Below, piece after piece: positions 61,296 through 64,000 of a stretch of 64,000 nucleotides of DNA. Positions within the stretch are counted from its first letter, which is position 1. Every line of letters begins with the position of its first letter. Position numbers and translations under genes: made by a program. The notes below the pieces were generated by a model. That model searched no databases and was not told the DNA's origin. It was given only the letters and a program-made list of their open reading frames with translations. Source of the DNA: Laetmonice hystrix (lineage: Eukaryota); assembly GCA_965235115.1 (NCBI GenBank), contig OZ249446.1:7130001-7194000 (forward strand). Reading direction: 5' to 3'.

Positions 61296-64000
61296 GCGGT
61301 GAGAACGTCCTGTATATTAGGGAGTCTGTGAGGAAGGTCAACAAGCGGTGTAACAGGGACTCCTATAGACATCGGTCGACCCACACAAACACCCACGTGC
61401 CATGGAATAAAACTTTGATCAAGTAAAATATTGTACGGCTCTAACTGATCTCAAATATTCACGTACTTATACTAGCCCTTCCCTTTGCAGTCTGTGAGAT
61501 TTCTACTCGTTCGTGTAGATGGCACATATAATGGGAACATTTGTGTGGTCACCGCATTACCTGTATGGATCCTGGTGTTATAAATAAATAGGTCTATTTA
61601 CAGGGACAGCAAGTTATAAGTCGACATACACACTCGCCCGAAACATCTTCTGTCCCATACTTTTTTAGAAGATATGGGTCTGGATCCTGGAATAACACAA
61701 CCAGGCCATTCAAACAGCTCTTATTAGGCGACAGCATTATTATACGCAGCTTTTATGAAGGGGAAAGGGCTAAAAATGATGTGCAATCTATAAAAAGTTG
61801 TTTTTGCTATATCATTCATCATACTTTTATTACCACGGACCATTCTGACCTACAGCCATCAAAGTCAGACTTCCCTGACCCCAGCCTAAACCTGCATACT
61901 AATGCTATCATTTTTTTAAAAACAACATTTTTCTAAGTAATTTGACATGTTTGCCGAAGCTTCATTATGACCCATTTCTATCACATACACATGTGCCCTA
62001 CATAAAATACTACCTGATCTCAGGGGTTCAGAAAGGGGCCCTATATATATGAATATCAATAAGACTCAGTTCTGGGACCAAATAAAAGAAGTACTTTCTG
62101 TTGTCGGGGCAAGGGCACATGACTTTTCACCCTGTACAAGCATTGCCAACTATGCTTGCTGCAGGGTATAATGTTGAAAAGAATGATGGGAATCAGTTTC
62201 AGATACAAACGATTCATGAATGTCTCAGCGATTGAGAATTTTGTTTTAATGTTTCTCTGAACAATAACCACAATTGAAACAACCTAACTCCATCATTACT
62301 GAAATCATGACGCTGTGCGTAATTCACTACAAATTCCGATGTATGAGGCATCAATAAGTAAGACTTCCGACGATCCAAGATCAGTGGTCCTTAACCTACC
62401 AAAATAACACTGTATCTTCTCTAAGAATTAAACTACAGGGGCCAGAGTGTCAAAGTTGTGTAACTCTAAATCAACTCATCATTCCCAACTGGCAAGGCAG
62501 CAGTAATCAAACTATAAATCTGTGTTGCCTTATAATATAGCCCGGCGTTTAATTTCCCATGCTAGTGACACCTATACTGTATGACCCTGAGCGGTATTTC
62601 CGCAGTCACCATCATACAACTTCACATGACACTGACAGGATCCTAGGGAACATTTGGGTCGCCGACGTCGGCAGGCACACTGTGACTGTGACGACGGTTC
62701 CACCCGGTGCCAATATCTTGTCCCATTATCGCCCACACCCTCCGTCTCTCCCACCCTACCTCCCACCCCCAAACCAACAGTACGTGGGCCCGCTACTTGT
62801 CAGGCTCACATACCAACCCACCATTCCCATTGCTAGCCCTAATCACCTTACTCAAACATTTCTTGTGGACACTCACATAGGGAACTGCTAATTGTCATAC
62901 TTAGAGGGCACAGCTACTAGTGGAAAGTAGGCCAAACCTATATGTCCACCATGAATCATCCTCTATAACATTACAACCAACTGAATGGTAATCGGGAGGA
63001 GGATGGTAAGAAAAAAAAACAGAATGTAACAGGCACTGGTGTTCATCCTCCTAAACCCACCCATCTACCCACCTACCGATCCGCATCCTGACTTTGGCCC
63101 CACTCCATGGGTCATGTATGTTTGCCAAGATAACCCGACCTCATTGTCGCCCAACATGCAAACAAAACATTGGTTTTCCAAACCTCCTCCGGACACAATA
63201 TGGAGGTAAAACTTCCTAAAGGTCCATTCAGTCTATTTCTACGTTTCACTGCGGTGCAAGGTTCATATTTCCCCCCAGGAATACAAAAGAGAACTAGAGA
63301 AAATACAACCTGTACACAGCTTATATGCTTAACCCAGTAAACTGAAATTATGAAATTAATGGTTAACATGATTAACAACAACTTATGTTTTGTAGTTGAA
63401 GCAAATCTAACATGCTGAACATGCTTCATATTGACATTCTGACATGCATGTCAAACTCTGGCCATGCAGCAGAGTGATAACCTAAAGTCCTCAACCCCGA
63501 CCTTTACAGAAATACAACACACTACATCATCGGCATACAACTTCTACACAGAAAACGAAAATAAAGAACTGGAACTCTCGCCAACAAATCAGTGAATATC
63601 CATATATGGCACAAAGAAACAGATGAAGTTATAAATAAATACATGTACCGGGATGTTTAGATATTAAGGAACCAAAGTATTTGCTTGCATGTCCTAAATA
63701 TTGGGAAACATCTGTTCAATGATTTAATGTGAGATTCCATTCCTTGATAACTGGTTCTACATGAACTCAAACAAAAGTGTACAATAATGTCTAGCCAACT
63801 GTACTAATAATATCTTCCTTCCATTTACAGCTAGCCTGCCCCCTATATATGGTATCATTATCACATCTGGGTGCTGTAATTTACTCTTCCGATAACACTA
63901 TATCTACACTGTCTACATGTATATTTGCACCAGAATACTAGCTCAGTCTCGACTCTCGACCTCCACCACCGACATCCTGATAATAGTTCTAGTGTTGGCC

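Noticed and set aside
60000-64000. Missing FMNL N-terminal exons (MG..., LPPDK, WELICDQ motifs)
   Set aside because: Searched the minus strand by eye and found no matching exon; they are presumed to lie beyond the window.

Overview
Eukaryotic, intron-rich, moderately AT-rich genomic DNA. It is probably a deuterostome invertebrate, possibly an echinoderm; this is inferred from the protein sequences and the recurrent TAGGCCTA palindrome and is not proven. I reconstructed four spliced genes by hand with GT-AG introns and consistent phases: YIF1 (minus, 8 exons, 309 aa), ARPC2 (plus, 10 exons, 300 aa), a PLAC8/cornifelin-family gene (minus, 3 coding exons, 111 aa), and a formin-like FMNL gene (minus, 24 exons, 931 aa seen, 5' end apparently beyond base 64000). 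A possible signal-peptide first exon of a fifth gene lies near 1.5 kb. Non-coding DNA holds many non-autonomous DNA-transposon elements (hAT-, PIF/Harbinger-, Kolobok- and pogo-like termini with visible target-site duplications) and several tandem repeats. The largest is a 58-unit, 44-bp array between the divergent YIF1 and ARPC2 starts. Best leads: the 44-bp array, in which every unit carries a CTCF/YY1-like core; a predicted 70-nt exon plus 5-nt microexon pair in FMNL that preserves frame only when both are included; and dense TAGGCCTA clustering near gene starts. No bacterial-type system, CRISPR array, rRNA or intact tRNA was found. All coordinates and counts were made by eye.
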